NCBI GenBank assembly: GCA_025201805.1 | Contig: MU619239.1 | Location: forward strand, 289,556 to 353,555 | From: Parasitella parasitica NRRL 2501 | Taxonomy: Eukaryota; Fungi; Mucoromycota | Reading direction: 5' to 3' | Length of the DNA stretch: 64,000 nucleotides | Shown here: piece by piece, positions 50,210 to 64,000 of the stretch | How the letters are laid out: each line of letters starts with the position of its first letter | Numbering within the stretch: the first letter of the stretch is position 1 | The notes under the pieces: model-generated | Databases searched by the model: none | The model's input: the letters and a program-made list of their open reading frames with translations, nothing else | Told to the model about the DNA's origin: nothing | Program-made: the position numbers and the translations under genes

Positions 50210-50449
50210 TCAAATTATAAATGAACAAGAAGGACACCAACTAAAACTGTAGTATTTCTGGTGCTTTAAACAAAAACTTTGTGTGAATACTTTTTGCGCA
50301 GGAATAGCTGCGGCTGCAGTAACTACCATATCTGAAGCTAATGGTGATGGAGCGTGCACTATGCTTATCGGCTTAATCGAAATATCGTGGAATCCAGATA
50401 ATGGTGATCTTTTTGTGATTCGACTTGGTAGTAAGTTTGGATTGACCAT
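50210..50449 (-). CDS. Small hypothetical protein (79 aa) with C-terminal C-x2-H-x8-C-x2-C motif
   Basis: Start context aataaacATG with a pyrimidine-rich leader. Ser/Pro-rich N-terminus, and all three Cys cluster at the C-terminus. Confidence 0.55.
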   Translation of the reverse strand: MVNPNLLPSRITKRSPLSGFHDISIKPISIVHAPSPLASDMVVTAAAAIPAQKVFTQSFCLKHQKYYSFSWCPSCSFII

Positions 50450-50549
50450 GTTTATTTAATGAACTGAAAAAAAAATGGCGGGGGGTGGAAGAAGAAAGAG
50501 AGAAAAGGTATGATTTTATTGTGCAAACAAATTTTTTCATTTTAATGTG

Positions 50550-52422
50550 TCAAGAATCTAATCCGCTCAAACGTTGAGCCAGTTCCAGATTCTTACTGAA
50601 AAGAACTAGTGCCTCTTCCTCCAAAATTGAAACTTTCTGATTTGACTTCATCAGTTCAGATTTCAATCCGGCCTCTTTGTCTTTCCAGTTCATCAACTCC
50701 TTTTCTAATGTTGCCAGTTTCGGTTTGTATTGTTGGATTGATTTAATATCTCGCAAATGTTGACGTTCCAAATCTTGCAGTTCAGTTTCAAGCTCAACAA
50801 TCTGGCCTGACATGTTTCGTAGCTCTCTTGAAAGCCCTAGTTGATATGTGTCGACTTCTTTTCTGTGTTGTAATTTCAAACTCGATTTCAGCTCGTTGAG
50901 CCGGGTGTCTAATTCCAATTGCATTTGCTTTTTGGTGAGCTTTTGCAGTTGCTCATAGTGGCGTTTGGATTTCTCCAGCTCAAGTTTCGTTTTAGCCAAC
51001 TCGGCATCGCGCTCAGCAACGGTGCGTCGAAGCGCCTCTTCCAACTCGCTGTTATGCTCTGCAGCTGATTTTGCTGCTTGTATTAATCTTGCACGAAGCT
51101 CTTCTTTTTCAAAGACAAGTGCATTGATCTGATGTGTGTGTGTTGCGTGGATTCGAGAACTTTCTTTAGCAAAATCTTGCTTGCTTTGCTCGAGCTTATC
51201 AATTTTCTCCTGATTGGTAGCTTCCAAATGATCAACTTGCGCTTCTGATTCTTGCAATAAGCTCTGCAATGCAAGGACATCTGGATTTTTGGTATTGGGT
51301 GACTGTAACGCTTTTAAACCATCTTGGAGCCGCTTTGATTTCTGCTCCGAGTGCTCTCGTTGTTGCTTGCTTTGGTTTAACTCCTTAATCATCACCTCTA
51401 GTTCACGGCGCATGTCATCTAAAACTTGTTCCATTTCGCTTTGTTCTTGTCTATTGTTGTTCAGCTTTGATTGTAGATGTCGCCTAAGCTGTTTCTTTTG
51501 TTTTTCAAATGCTGCTTGCAAAGAAACAATGTGAACTCTTTTCTTTCGGACAGCTTCATGGTGGGCAGCCTTTTTTTGGCGACTTAGTCGCTTTAAGCCT
51601 TCTATCAGCCGTTTTTCTCTTTCGGATGCAACCACCTCGTTTTTCAGGTCTTGTTTTGGCGATTGTTTATGTCCTATTACACTACCAATCCATCTGTCAA
51701 TCGCCTGGGTGGAGAAAAATACTTGAGATTGGATGTTTTCTGCTGTGTATATGTTTAAAAGCATGTCAAAATACAACTGACCTGACAAAAAAAAACTCGC
51801 TGTATTTACCTTGTAGCTTATTCAGTGTCAAAGAACCGCCGTCTCTATCCACAATCTCCTTCAATTCAGTCAATTTTTCGAGCACTAATCTACCAGCATT
51901 ATGCTGGAAACTGCCTTCGTCTTTTTCTATCAACTTCTTTTCATTTGCACTACTGTGCTTGGATGACGGTAGTTCTAGGTCAAGATTACTACGCTTAGCG
52001 CCCAAGAAAGTTTGAATGGCTTGAGACATTCTTTTGACAATAGCCTCGTTTGAATGCCTGGACAGCTCTATTTGTTCTTCCAGTTTTTCAATTCTCTTGT
52101 AAGCCGCTTCCTTTGTTGGATACAGGATACTTTTGTCTCCATTAGATAAAGGAAAGCTTTGACAATGCTTTTTTCGTAGATTGAACTTGTTAGGAGAGTT
52201 GTGATATGATGCTGAGGATACAGATGAATATGAAGATCTTTGAGATGAGCTCCAACTGCTTGTAGGTGATGTAGCTATTGTAGTGCGGTCATCTTCGGCT
52301 GAATACTGTGTGGTGAAATCAGTCTCAGTTGTATACTTCGTTTCTAATTCCTGATCTGAGCTAGTGGAGTGAATAAATGTGTCGTATGAAGGCGCTTTGG
52401 TTGCGACTTGTAGATCTATCAT
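50550..52422 (-). CDS. Long coiled-coil hypothetical protein, 2 exons
   Basis: Two long ORFs joined by a GT-AG intron (~51744-51809). Ser-rich N-terminus, then a heptad-rich E/K/L/Q body. Confidence 0.8.
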
Positions 52423-52830
52423 TCTCTAAAGAAATGGTTGTCAAGTAAAGTAAAAGAAAAAAGAAAGTTGATTATCAATCGAACTGTCAATTGCTTATAA
52501 TAAATATTATTTAGACATGCTTTGTTTGTTACATTTGAGCGCAGTATATGACACCAACTAGAACCTTTAGCCGTGTAACATTTAATATGATTATCATCAT
52601 AGGCAAATTAATCCTGTTTATGTTGGATTTAATATACTCACAGACTTCGAACTTGTATCAGAACGATGATCTTTCCGTATTGGCTTGGGCACTGACATTG
52701 ACAGTTGGGAAATGCGTTTCATTTACTGCTAAATAGCAGGAGTCACGACAAAGAGGAGGGAGGGACTTCAAAAGCAGGTACTCGCAGCCGAATGCAATAA
52801 AACCACTTTTTCATTTAGCAATCTTCCAGT

Positions 52831-53814
52831 ATGGGTAATGACGGAGGATCCATTCCAAGACGTATTGAACTCGTAAAAGAAAAGGCCAAGAACATCATTC
52901 TCAACCCTGATCTTGAGAGAGCTGCTGCTTGGCTATACTGTGCGCTATCAAAGGTACGCTCTTGATTTTTTCTTGCAAAAATAGATTTACCGTAGCTGAC
53001 GACCTGCATAGCTTCTCCTTGAACAGCCTGTAGTATCAGATGGATTGGGTAAGCTGTATAATCAAGATGCTATTATTGAATACTTGTTGGACCCTTCCAT
53101 TTATGGTGATGGCGACAAGATTTGCTCTCACATCACTTCTTTGAAAGACACCACTAAACTGAATTTGACGCCCAATCCAGCTTACAATGAAAAGGACTCA
53201 AATTTGGACTCGGCAACGATGGGAAGTCTTGATAGGGATCTCAAGAGCAAGTTTGTTTGTTCAGTGTCGATGAAGGAAATGAATGGAAAGCATCGTTTTG
53301 TTTATTTGGATACATGTGGTTGTGTTTTTGCTGAGCAAGCAATGAAGGAGATCCCTAGCAGGGAATGTGTAACGGTAAGTGGTCCGCTTTGAGTCATCCA
53401 CACTTCATCGCATTGACTAATCGCATGTCGCAGTGTGGAAAACCATTCGAAAGTCAAAACGTCATTGTTATTAATCCAACCAAGGAAGAGCAAGAGGCAA
53501 TGAGAAAGGTCATGGAGGAGAAAAAAGCAAAAGCTAAAATGGAAAGAAAAGCCAAAAAGGCAGAAAGCAAGAAGAACGGTGTTGCATCAGAGAAAAAGAG
53601 AAAAAGAGAATCGGATTCATCAGAGAAGCCAGCTAAGAAAGCATCTTCGATTCAATCATCAGCTGCTGCTGCTGTCATGGGTAAAGTAGCTCAAGATTTG
53701 GCTGAAAAGAAAAAGAATACTCCACTCTCAAGCGCTATCCAAAGCATTTATGGAACAAAGGATAAAAAGGAGACAGGCAATTATCTTACTAAAGGGACAT
53801 TCAATCGCTACTAA
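52831..53814 (+). CDS. RTF2: Replication termination factor 2 (Rtf2), 3 exons
   Basis: Diagnostic start MGNDGGSIPRRIELVK, then LGKLYN..AIIEYLL, F.C.VS.KEMNGKHRF...CGCVF and a Lys-rich tail. Confidence 0.94.
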
Positions 53815-55809
53815 ATAATAGTATAGTATATATTTTGTATATAGTGAAATAAAATTATGATTTTTGAATACAGTGACATCCTCCCATTAGCTATATGGCA
53901 GTGCACTTTTGTTTTTTATATCTCACAGCTAAATCTGGGAGGGGGGGCTCAACAATTTTAAAAGTTAAATGAGTAAAGAGGAGCTAATATGTTTTGGAAA
54001 TCTATTTACGAACGTATGGAAAGCCAGCTTCAATTGATATTGTATTGCTTATCCATGCAATGTAAACAAGGGTAAATGCTTTCCATCGTCAGCTATTTTT
54101 GCTTGTAATAAATGTTGTAATTATTATGAAGTTGAAACTTCTTTCAAGCTCAAAAAGTGATTTGTAATTAAATTGTACATTAATGGTAGCAATTCCTGAT
54201 CGGGTAAACTGTAAAACCATCAAGCAAAGGGTTTCTTCTCTAATAAAATGGCATCATCATTTTGACATGTGTAGTAAGATATGCCAGGAACGCTTTAAAG
54301 TCCAAAGAAACGAGATGTAATAAAGTACAATAGGAGGGATGTTAGAAATGTTGTTGCCATATTAAGTATACACATCTATGATTACAATGCTTATAGATGG
54401 TCGTAATCTTCTTATAACCTCATTATGAAGCAAACCTACGAAGTTATTCAATGTCCAAGAATTTTTTCAGTCTAGCAACGATTTTTCCTGGGATATTATG
54501 GTTTAAATTTTGTTGATGATAAATGACAGACTATGATGTCTTAATAAGAAAGAGTCGATTATTATTGATTCGATGGTCCCGATTTTGTGATTAAAATAGA
54601 TGACATGAGACATTTATGGTTGCACAGTTAAAAAAAAGCCAAATAAACTATTGTCCTTCATTGATAGTACCTGCATTTACAATGTTGTAAGTAACTCATC
54701 TTTGAAAATTATCTGTGAATTTGCAACCTGGTTCTCGTATCAGGTTGTCATGAAGCTCCTAATTTATATAATAGTCTACAAACTGCATAGATACTTTGTG
54801 TAGAATGTCACCTTTTTGTGATTACTTGACACATAATACCACACAGATCAAGGATTTAATTTCATGACAAAACTGTGTTTCAGTTTGTAAATTGCTACAT
54901 CGTCATGCTAAACAATCTGGGTTCGGTGCACATGTTTTCCCGATACTACAGGTTTTTAATATTAATATGCCTAATTTTGGATTATAAGATATCAATTGAT
55001 GCTGAAAAATCATGATTACAAATATTTGTAATAATCATTTACAGCTATTATTTATGCTACGGAAACGTAAAAATGGAGCAACGTTTACTAATATGTACCA
55101 ATTGTACTGAAAACCCTTCAACAGCCTATTTTTTTTTTTTGCTTTTATCCAGTAACAGTATCATCAAAAATAGCAATGATGTTTCAATTCTTTTTTGTCA
55201 GATTATTTTTGGCAATTCTTATTTGGGCAAATAGGTCTGTCAGACTAAATCGTACATTTTCAAACTACAGTATCTTGCTTGACATGTTAATTCACCGCAT
55301 CATTATGTGGACATAATAGTATGTCATTGTTGCCTTGAAAGATTAACATAGGCATCAGCTGAGCTCATAATAATGATCCTTATGGAAAAACATTTGTCAA
55401 GTTTGGGAATGGATGTTCATATACACGGAATATCGGGGTACATGTAAAGCACAAATCTTCTGCTGTGTCATCTGGAATCACCAAGATATGTACTTGTACG
55501 CTCAATAAAATTAGTGGCATTTAGTAGCTCATGCTTTTTTTTTTCAGAAACATTAAGAAGAAAAGTGAGTGAAGCAACAATAGCAAGAAATAGTGCCATG
55601 GAAACTAGTAGAAATGCCGCGTAAAACAGAGTAAATTTTACTTGATTTAGCAGAATAATATGAATTTTTATAAATAGCCTTTGGCATCCGAATGCGGTGA
55701 CACACGGCGTTGATTTATCCTGGATTTTGGCTGTATATAACCCTATTATTTTTCCAAAGATCAGTGCTGGAAGTCTCTCATTTCTTTTGTCTCTTATTTC
55801 AAAATTATA

Positions 55810-58372
55810 ATGGCAAAAGCTACCCAAGAATTAAAATATAAACGCCTCAAGGTTGGGCATGCTTGCTTTGTTTGTCGCAGTAAGAAAATCAAGGTGTGTG
55901 TGATACAGTTTAATTTTACATCAACCCACCTTTAACGAATTTAACAATTATAAACGATGCTATCTAGTGCGATGGATTGAGACCATGTATGCAGGTTAGA
56001 GATGATAAAATTATTAGCCGAGTATTTTAAATTGACTTTATTTATATTTCTGCGATTCCATCTTAACATTCATTAGTGCAAAGGTAAAGATGTTACGCTG
56101 AAAATCTATATATAAAATGCTAACATCTTTGATAGCACGCGGACGAGATTGTATATCGTCTAATTCAGAAACACAGGCTGAAAACTTGAACTACAGCAGT
56201 GCAGGCAGCGATAACCAGGATGAAGCAGATAGCAACCACAGCATCATTGATTCTGACGATGATTCCATTTTATTCTCTCGCTCAAGGACAAATATTGACG
56301 ACAATCCATGTGTGCCTAAATCCAGTGATACCTGGACTAGTAATGCAGCCAAACAAACAACAGCAACTTACTGCAAATCACAAGAGCTGCCTTTAGGTGA
56401 TTTTCCAACATTTGGTAGCTTTGTGCGCTGGAGAGTCGAACCATCTTTGCCATCTAGATATTCTACTGATATTGAAATGCCATCAGGTGAAATACAAATG
56501 CATTTAATCAACCTTTTTTTTGAAACTGGATACAAGGTGTCTCCCATCATACCAAAACGACACTTTTACGAGCAACTGCGCACCAAAGGACCTCTGATAA
56601 CGCCTCTTTTACTGAATGCCATCTATTGTATAGCCAGCAGCGGTTGCACGCTGAAAGATGTGCCCAAGTCAATCGTATTCTTCAACCGTGCCAAGAAATT
56701 ATTGGATGATTTTCTGGATGTGCCAAGAGTTAGCACAGTAGCAGCTCTCTGCCTTCTATCCTTATATGAGCCTGTTCCTACCAAGTCTAAATCCGCGGTA
56801 GATCAGCATTGTCGCTCGTGGATGTACAGTGGCATGGCTTTCCGCATGTGTCTTGAGCTCGGTTTGAACATGGAGACGCTTTACTCACGCGATAACATGG
56901 CATTGGAATGCATCGAGCTTCGCAGAAGAATCTTTTGGTCATGTTATTGTTTAGATAAGCTACAAAGCGCTGAATGGGAAAGACTGTGGGCGATTCCTGC
57001 CTCTTTGGCGAGAACAGCATTGCCTCAAATACTGCCTCAAGATGATGATTCCGAGCGCTGGGTTGTGCAAACATTTCAGCAAAAAATTAAGCTTGCTCTG
57101 CTAGGCGAAGAAGGCCTGCAGATTCGTGCCTGTATTACAATTCGTGATGATGTTTACAACGGGAGATTCCATGAGCAGCTTGACCAGTACCGTGCCAAAT
57201 TGCTGCATTGGAGCTGCAATCTACCTTGCCCAACAGTTTGGGGCATTCGCCCTTGTGAAACCGTTGAAGATGTGATGAAAGAGCCAAGAAAATCTGCAGA
57301 GATAGGCTATTTCCTTTCGTTGTACTACTTTATGCTTAGTGACACATTATTCTGTCTTCCTGATAACGCAAAGACATCTGTCCAACGTCGTATCTATGCT
57401 GCCCAACTTACCAGATGCGTTGAAAGTGCCTGCGACAAGCCTTTACTTGTAGTCCGCTATGAATTTCTCGCTCATGCTCTCATCGCTGCCATTCGTGTCC
57501 ATTCAAGATATCTGAATAATCAGGATTCGGTTGTAGCTGGTCAATCTTTGCATCTTTTCAATCAGTGTATTGATCTACTGCGAAAGTTACAAACATTTGC
57601 TATTATTCCAGAATGCACAGCTGTTTTGCAAAAGATCTCTGCTATTCACGAACACTCACGATTGCACACTGTTCGCTCTGAGGCCCCACTGTCCAAAGCT
57701 GCAGCTATTCTTGATTCCACACCTCATCAGTTTGGCAATAGGGTTCCGTTTCAGCAAATGGACACTAATGGTGATATAGCTCAATTTTCGTCAGAACAGC
57801 AGCAACGGCACGCACAAAATCTTGCTGACCCATATCAAACAGATATACCTCACAATAGCTCATCCTTTGATTCCCAAAATATGGAAAAAACTCTTATTAA
57901 TTCTCCTTTCAACAACATAACAGCATTTGGCACAAGCATTGGTGTTGATTTCGGCGATCGGAGGCATTTATGGGAAGTCGCAGTAGACGCATCGCAAAAC
58001 TGTGAATTCGAATCTACCCCATCTACACCTGAAGGTAGTATAAACCAGACAGCGTTTCCAACATCTAGCACCTCTGAATGGAGTCCCTGCAATACTAGCG
58101 ACTTTATATGGCCTGATCCCATTGTATCACAAACGTCATTCCATCCCCAACCACCACACTACAGCATGACATCGTCTTCTCATCAACTACCGCTGTCAAA
58201 CTCAATGGCAACATATCCTCAGCAACAGCAAAGTACATACATACAACCACCTCCGCAGCAAATCGTAAATGTTAGTGCCCACATCACACCCACACTAAAC
58301 TCGAACTTGTGCTACTCAAGCCTGGCAGATTCTGTGATAAATGTTCCTCAGCACGCGTATTACCCCTGTTGA
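55810..58372 (+). CDS. Zn(II)2Cys6 transcription factor with fungal TF middle-homology domain, 4 exons
   Basis: ACFVCRSKKIK|CDGLRPCMQ|CK|ARGRDC assembled from micro-exons 55968-55994 and 56077-56083. MHR motifs WMYSGMAFRMCLELGLN and ELRRRIFWSCY.LD. Confidence 0.92.
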
Positions 58373-59483
58373 TTTTTTTTACTCGAAGTATATAGAATCA
58401 CTTGTACTATAGTTTTTTATTACTTTATGTATATAACATTAAAAAACACAGATTGAAACAACTTATCTTACACTTGGGGACTCTAACGCCTGCAAAAGCT
58501 AGACATGACATTGGTGCGCCTTACATGGCAATAACAATGACATTAAGCCATTTGAACTAGCTTGCTATCACAGATGAAAAGAATAAGATTGTTGTTGGAT
58601 AAAATGCGAATCAGCTCAAGAACATGCAACGATAGACACCATCGCTCTTCTAAGCTATGATCACATGCATGTGTACGTGATGCTTGTTATCTACGGTAAT
58701 GACTTTTGTAAGAGTATATGATGACTAGGTGATAGATCCGTTTGCTGTGAAGCTTGCATTTGGAATGCAGTATATGCGCGTCATATGCCAATAAAGTCCA
58801 AGTAGGATGTCTTGTTGTGATGCGCGATTTTTAGATCATAATGACCAGGCAACAGTACACTACTGAATTATTTTGTAATGATGGTTAGATGTACCATCAA
58901 GAATGTACAATAAAAATAGCGTTTTAAGGGGCACATTGGCAGCTTGGCAAGACAGACCTCTGTGCTATTTTACTATGTATACTGATTAGAGTAGCTTTTA
59001 CACATTTTTGTACATGGCATTTCCAAATAAATATTGCTGTACAATTGATGCGTAGATCAAACATTCAGGCAAGGCTTATAAAATGTACATTCTGTTGAAC
59101 GTGAATAAAATCGTCAGGGAGATCGATGCGTTGTACACCGTGACAGAAAATGTGTTGTTTGTTGAGCACCCAATTTCTCTGCTGATCACCAAGTTGATGG
59201 TGATACAAAAAAAAAAGGATAAAGAAAGCAAGCAGATCTACGGCAAAATAACAAATACAAACATTTATTATCCTTTAGCAGCTGGCCATTCGGGCAAAAC
59301 GTTAAATTGGCAGTATTTTGTCGAATCCAAATTTAACATGCTTTGATGTTTTCAGCATTCCTGCACGAATATGTATCGTAATGCNNNNNNNNNNNNNNNN
59401 NNNNNNNNNNNNNNNNNNNNNNNNNTGCAACATGTAGATGATTTCAAACCTTTTCTTTTCTTCTTATCTTTTCCTTTAAAAAA

Positions 59484-62400
59484 ATGAAAATTTCAAGCCA
59501 TTTAGACAAGAAGACAGCAAAGGCAAACAATGCAAAGACATTTACACAGCAGCAACCGCCATCTGCTAAAAAGCCAAAAGTTTCCGTTATAAAGTTGTTT
59601 CGATTTGCCACACCAGCAGAGATAGTCGTAATCTTTATTTCTGCCATGTTATCAGCAATGTCAGGGTGTGTGCCGCCACTGTCTATCCTCATTTATGGAT
59701 CTTATATATCTACAATAAGCAGAGATGCCAAGGGCAACCAGCAAGTCCTAGAGAGTGCTGCACCAACCATCCGATTCATGCTGATAATTGGCACAGCAGC
59801 AATTGTTACATCATACATGTCGTCTTGTTTGTGGATACGAGTTGGAGAGCGGCAGATACGCCGCATTAGAGCCATGTACTTGCACTCAATCTTAAATCAA
59901 GACATGGCGTGGTTCGACAGGGCTAAAGACGACTCCCTATTGACTAGACTGCAAGCCGATACACAACTGATCCAAGAGGGTATCTCTGAAAAGTGTGGTT
60001 TATGCATATCATCTGCTTTTCAGTTTACTGCCGGATTTGCAGTCAGCGTCTACAAAGGTATATTTACATAAACAGTCGATTATGTCATGATTCACTCAAT
60101 GCGCATCATTAAAATGGCAACAGGCTACCAAATGGCATTAACCATGTTTGCCGTATGTCCGCTTTTGCTTGCCATATCCTTGACAATGATTATTTTGGTC
60201 AAGAAATACGTTGTCCAAAACCAGAGATCGTATGCACAAGCTGGTGCAGTGGCCGAGCAAGCATTGCAATCTATTCGTACAGTTCACACCTTTTCACTGC
60301 AGGAGAGGTTTCTGAAACGCTTTCAAGAAAAGCTCAAGGGAGCTGAAAAATATGGAGTCAAAAGAGTCTTTGTAAGCGGTGTTGGCATTGCTTTGTTCAC
60401 GTTCTGCTTCTATAGTTCTTTGGGATTGGCTCTTTGGTATGGGTCCCAGCTAGTCTTGGAAGGAAAGTCGACAGCTTCAGCAGTATTCGTTGTGTATCTC
60501 GGAATGATCATGGCCAGTATATCCCTGTCTCAAACGTCTGTCAATCTAAGTTCGATTCTAAATGCATGTGCAATTTCGTACAAAGTGTTTAAAGTCATTG
60601 ATACAATGCCCAGCATAAACTGTGACGACTGCAGTGGCGAGACACCCTCTCGCATTGATGGTGCTATTGAATTCAAGCATGCCAAATTCGCTTATGCCTC
60701 AAGGCCCACTGTGTCTGTGCTCGATGATATTTCACTTGAGATCGTTCCGGGAATGACTGTTGCATGCGTAGGATCGTCAGGCTCTGGGAAATCAACCATC
60801 ATTCAGCTTTTACAGCGATTTTATGACCCAACTGAGGGCCAAATTACGCTGGACGGGCATGATTTGAAAAAGCTAAATGTCAAATGGCTTCGCCAAAGCA
60901 TCGGTATTGTCGGCCAGCAGCCAGTGTTATTCAACATGACGATCCGAGAGAACATTCAGATGGGCAGTTCTGTTCCTGTGTCAGACAGAGATATCATTGC
61001 AGCAGCCAAAGAGGCAAACTGTCACAAATTTATCAAGCAGCTACCTCAGGGCTACAATACTTTGATCGGGGAGCAGGGAAATATGCTCTCAGGTGGCCAA
61101 CGACAGAGAATTGCAATTGCCAGGGCAATCATAAAGAACCCGAGGATTTTATTGTTGGATGAGGCAAGCTGATAGAATATATGTATATGTACTGTGCATT
61201 TTGATCTAATCTAATTCGCTAGGCAACGTCGGCATTAGACACTCGATCAGAAAAACTGGTTCAAAATGCGCTAGATAAAGCATCAGCAACTCGAACCACT
61301 ATCATCGTTGCACACCGCTTATCTACTATCACCAAAGCAGACAAGATTGTTGTCATAGACCAAGGAAGAATAGTGGAAACAGGCACACACCAGCAGTTGA
61401 TATCTCAAAACGGAATTTACGCTGATCTAGTAGCCAAACAGACCATTAATACTGACAGCGACGACCAAGATGCGTCAACCATAGACGAAGAAATCGATCG
61501 TGAAGAATTAACGATGAAACAGAAAATAGAAGATGAATCACATCTTCTTAGTGCTCTAACCAAGGTGAATACGATGGACTCGACGAGTGGATTTACCGTC
61601 AAGGACAGCATACACAACGAAAAAAGTCTTGCAGGAGACGCTTCTGTCGATAATGACAACAGAAAATCCAAGAAGAAATTTTCAAGCACTTGGAGTGTTG
61701 TCAAAAGAATGCGACAAGAGCGAAAACTGATTGCCTTGGGCGTTGTGGGAGCCTTGATCCAGGGCTCTATCTTCCCTCTGTACGGATATTCTTTCTCTTG
61801 CGTTATTGGCATACTATCTGACCCAGAATACCAATCAGCACCACCTCTACAAGGAACAAACCTATATGCATTTGTATTTTTCATCATTGGAGTTTCATCA
61901 TTTCTTGGCGCCGGATCAAAGAGTATTTGCTTTGGGCTCAGTGGCGAGTATTTCACGCATCGACTTCGTGGCCAAATGTTCAGCGCTTACATGAAGCAAG
62001 ATATCGAATTCTTTGATAGGAAAGAGAATAATACGGGTGTACTAACAACCAACCTAGCCATCAATGCACGAAGCGTCAGCGACATGGTGTCTAAAGTCTG
62101 GGGAGATGTCATCAGCTTGTTCGCTACCTTGGTAACCGGTCTCGTCATAGCGTTTAAGCATAGCTGGGCCCTCACGTTGATAACTATGGGTATGATGCCC
62201 TTCATTGCCCTTTCAAACGCATTTGATTTATATTTGCAGCGAAGCTTCAACGACAAGACAATGCGTGATAATGTCCAAAGCAGTCAAGTGGCAGGCGAAG
62301 CTATCCGGGAAGTGCGCACAGTAGCTGCTCTTGGCAAACAAGATTATTTCGAAGAACAGTATGCCAAAGCGACGGTATACTCCTACCAACTAGCAAAGAA

Positions 62401-63454
62401 AAAGGCGTATTTTTCATCAATTGGGTTTGCGCTACATCGAGGAACCAAGATATATACCAATGCATTGGCCTTTTACGCTGGAACCAGACTGCTTGTCAGT
62501 GGCAGCATTGAATTCAGTCAGTTATTTGTCTGTATGACAGTGTTGATCCTTACAGCAGAAGCAGCCGGCCGTGATAGCTTGTTTGCGACGATTCTCACAA
62601 AGGGGAAACAGGCTACTTCAACCATATTTGAGCTTTTGGATCATTCTTCGTCTGCTATCGACGCTGAGCTTGAAGGAGCAGAGCCCATGGTTGGCACTAT
62701 TGAGGGAGCGATCAAGTTTGACCATGTTAAATTTGCATACCCAACAAGACCAGATCAGTTGATTTTAGACGGCGATTTCACTCTTGAAATCAAATCAGGT
62801 CAAACAATTGCTTTAGTTGGTTCATCTGGCTGTGGAAAATCAACCACAATTGGCTTGTTGCAGCGATGGTATGATGCTATCGAAGGGTCTGTATCTTTAG
62901 ATCAAAGAGACGTAAAATCGTACTCTGTCCACAACCTTCGAAGTCATATGTCGATCGTCGGCCAAGAGCCCATTCTATTCAACGTGTCAATTGGCGAGAA
63001 TATCAGGTATGGGGTCGACGAAAAGGCAACGCATGTAACACAACAAGATGTCGACAACGCATGCAAGGCTGCAAACATCTACGATTTTATCACGAGTCTT
63101 CCCAATGGATTTTCAACGATTGTTGGCCATAAAGGGTCTCAACTCTCCGGTGGTCAAAAACAGCGCATTGCTATTGCTCGAGCTATTTTACGGAAGCCCA
63201 AGGTTCTGCTTTTGGATGAAGCCACATCAGCACTAGACAGTGAAAGTGAAAGATTGGTTCAAGAGGCGCTTGATAAGATTATACAGGAGGGAAACAAGAC
63301 GACCATTACCATTGCGCATCGACTATCGACTGTCATCAATGCAGATGTCATTTGCGTAATGGAAGACGGTAAAATCAAGGAAAAAGGTAGACATAAAGAC
63401 CTTTTGGCATTGAATGGCTTGTACTCCAGACTAGTAACAGAGCAATTACTGTGA
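59484..63454 (+). CDS. Full-length ABCB/MDR (P-glycoprotein-like) transporter, 3 exons
   Basis: TMD-NBD-TMD-NBD. Walker A GSSGSGKST and GSSGCGKST, two LSGGQ signatures, and DEATSALD (the first copy is split by GC-AG intron 61164-61222). Confidence 0.96.
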
Positions 63455-63724
63455 ACAATAAAAAGAAACTCTCATGTATATACTTTCGCAACATCATTTT
63501 CTGTATTCAAAGAGTCTAGGTCACAATATGTATACCCAACCATGCATTTGGTTTTATTTCCCTAATTCAAAGAAATTGACTCTAGCTCTTTTCTATTTGT
63601 TAGATTTCAGCATGCTTGGAGGCGGGAAAATTTATATTTGCGCGTACCCAATAAAAACCACATTACAATACTTGTATCTCTCTCTCTCTTTCTCTTCCCC
63701 TGTTATATTTTTTTTATAAAAAAA

Positions 63725-64000
63725 ATGAGCAACCCAGATACAAACAATCCTAAAGTCGGTCGTCATAGGGTTTTTTCGAATGAGCAGCGTAAAGTACGCA
63801 ATAGGCAGGCTCAAGCAGCATTCAGAGATCGACGCAGTAAATATACAAATTCTCTAGAAACTGCTATTCTTAATTTTGAAGAGACAATAAAAAATTTGAA
63901 GGAAACGAACAACCAGTCGATGAAGCGGGCCCAGTTAGCGGAAGATCGTTCGCATCATCTTGCGTCCGAAGTAGTTTCATTGCAAAAGTTACTGGAGATG
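63725..64000 (+). CDS. bZIP transcription factor (Yap-like basic region), truncated by window end
   Basis: Open frame from ATG 63725: RKVRNRQAQAAFRDRRSKYTNSLE followed by leucine heptads. Absent from the ORF track because it has no stop in the window. Confidence 0.85.
   Translation, partial: MSNPDTNNPKVGRHRVFSNEQRKVRNRQAQAAFRDRRSKYTNSLETAILNFEETIKNLKETNNQSMKRAQLAEDRSHHLASEVVSLQKLLEM

Overview
Gene-dense, intron-rich eukaryotic DNA. The ~55-75 nt introns, AT-rich spacers and gene content fit an early-diverging fungus, probably Mucorales; this is inferred, not proven. By hand-splicing I reconstruct about 24 protein genes: an amino-acid permease, the complex I 75 kDa subunit, a C2H2 TF, a Rec8-type kleisin, a BRCC36-type JAMM DUB, a 7TM receptor, a TRAIP-like RING E3, a USP36-like protein, an AT-hook kinase, an F-box/WD40/UIM protein, a sepiapterin-reductase-like SDR, a PRL phosphatase, a PH-domain protein, an F-BAR/SH3 protein, NTMT1, a solo ABC ATPase, a LAMMER kinase, Rtf2, a Zn2Cys6 TF, an ABCB/MDR transporter, a bZIP (cut by the window end) and a few hypotheticals. 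There is also a kinase pseudogene and several transposon remnants. The most striking signal is splicing. About 8 of ~76 inferred introns can keep the conserved reading frame only by using a non-GT donor: six GC-AG and two GA-AG. The two GA-AG introns sit in adjacent genes only 47 bp apart (BRCC36 and rec8), and rec8 alone has three non-GT donors. This suggests a relaxed or regulated 5' splice-site system. Other points of note are a USP36-like protein whose catalytic Cys is replaced by Ser, a PRL without a CaaX box, and a small unannotated ORF ending in a C-x2-H-x8-C-x2-C motif. All exon structures are manual predictions without RNA evidence.
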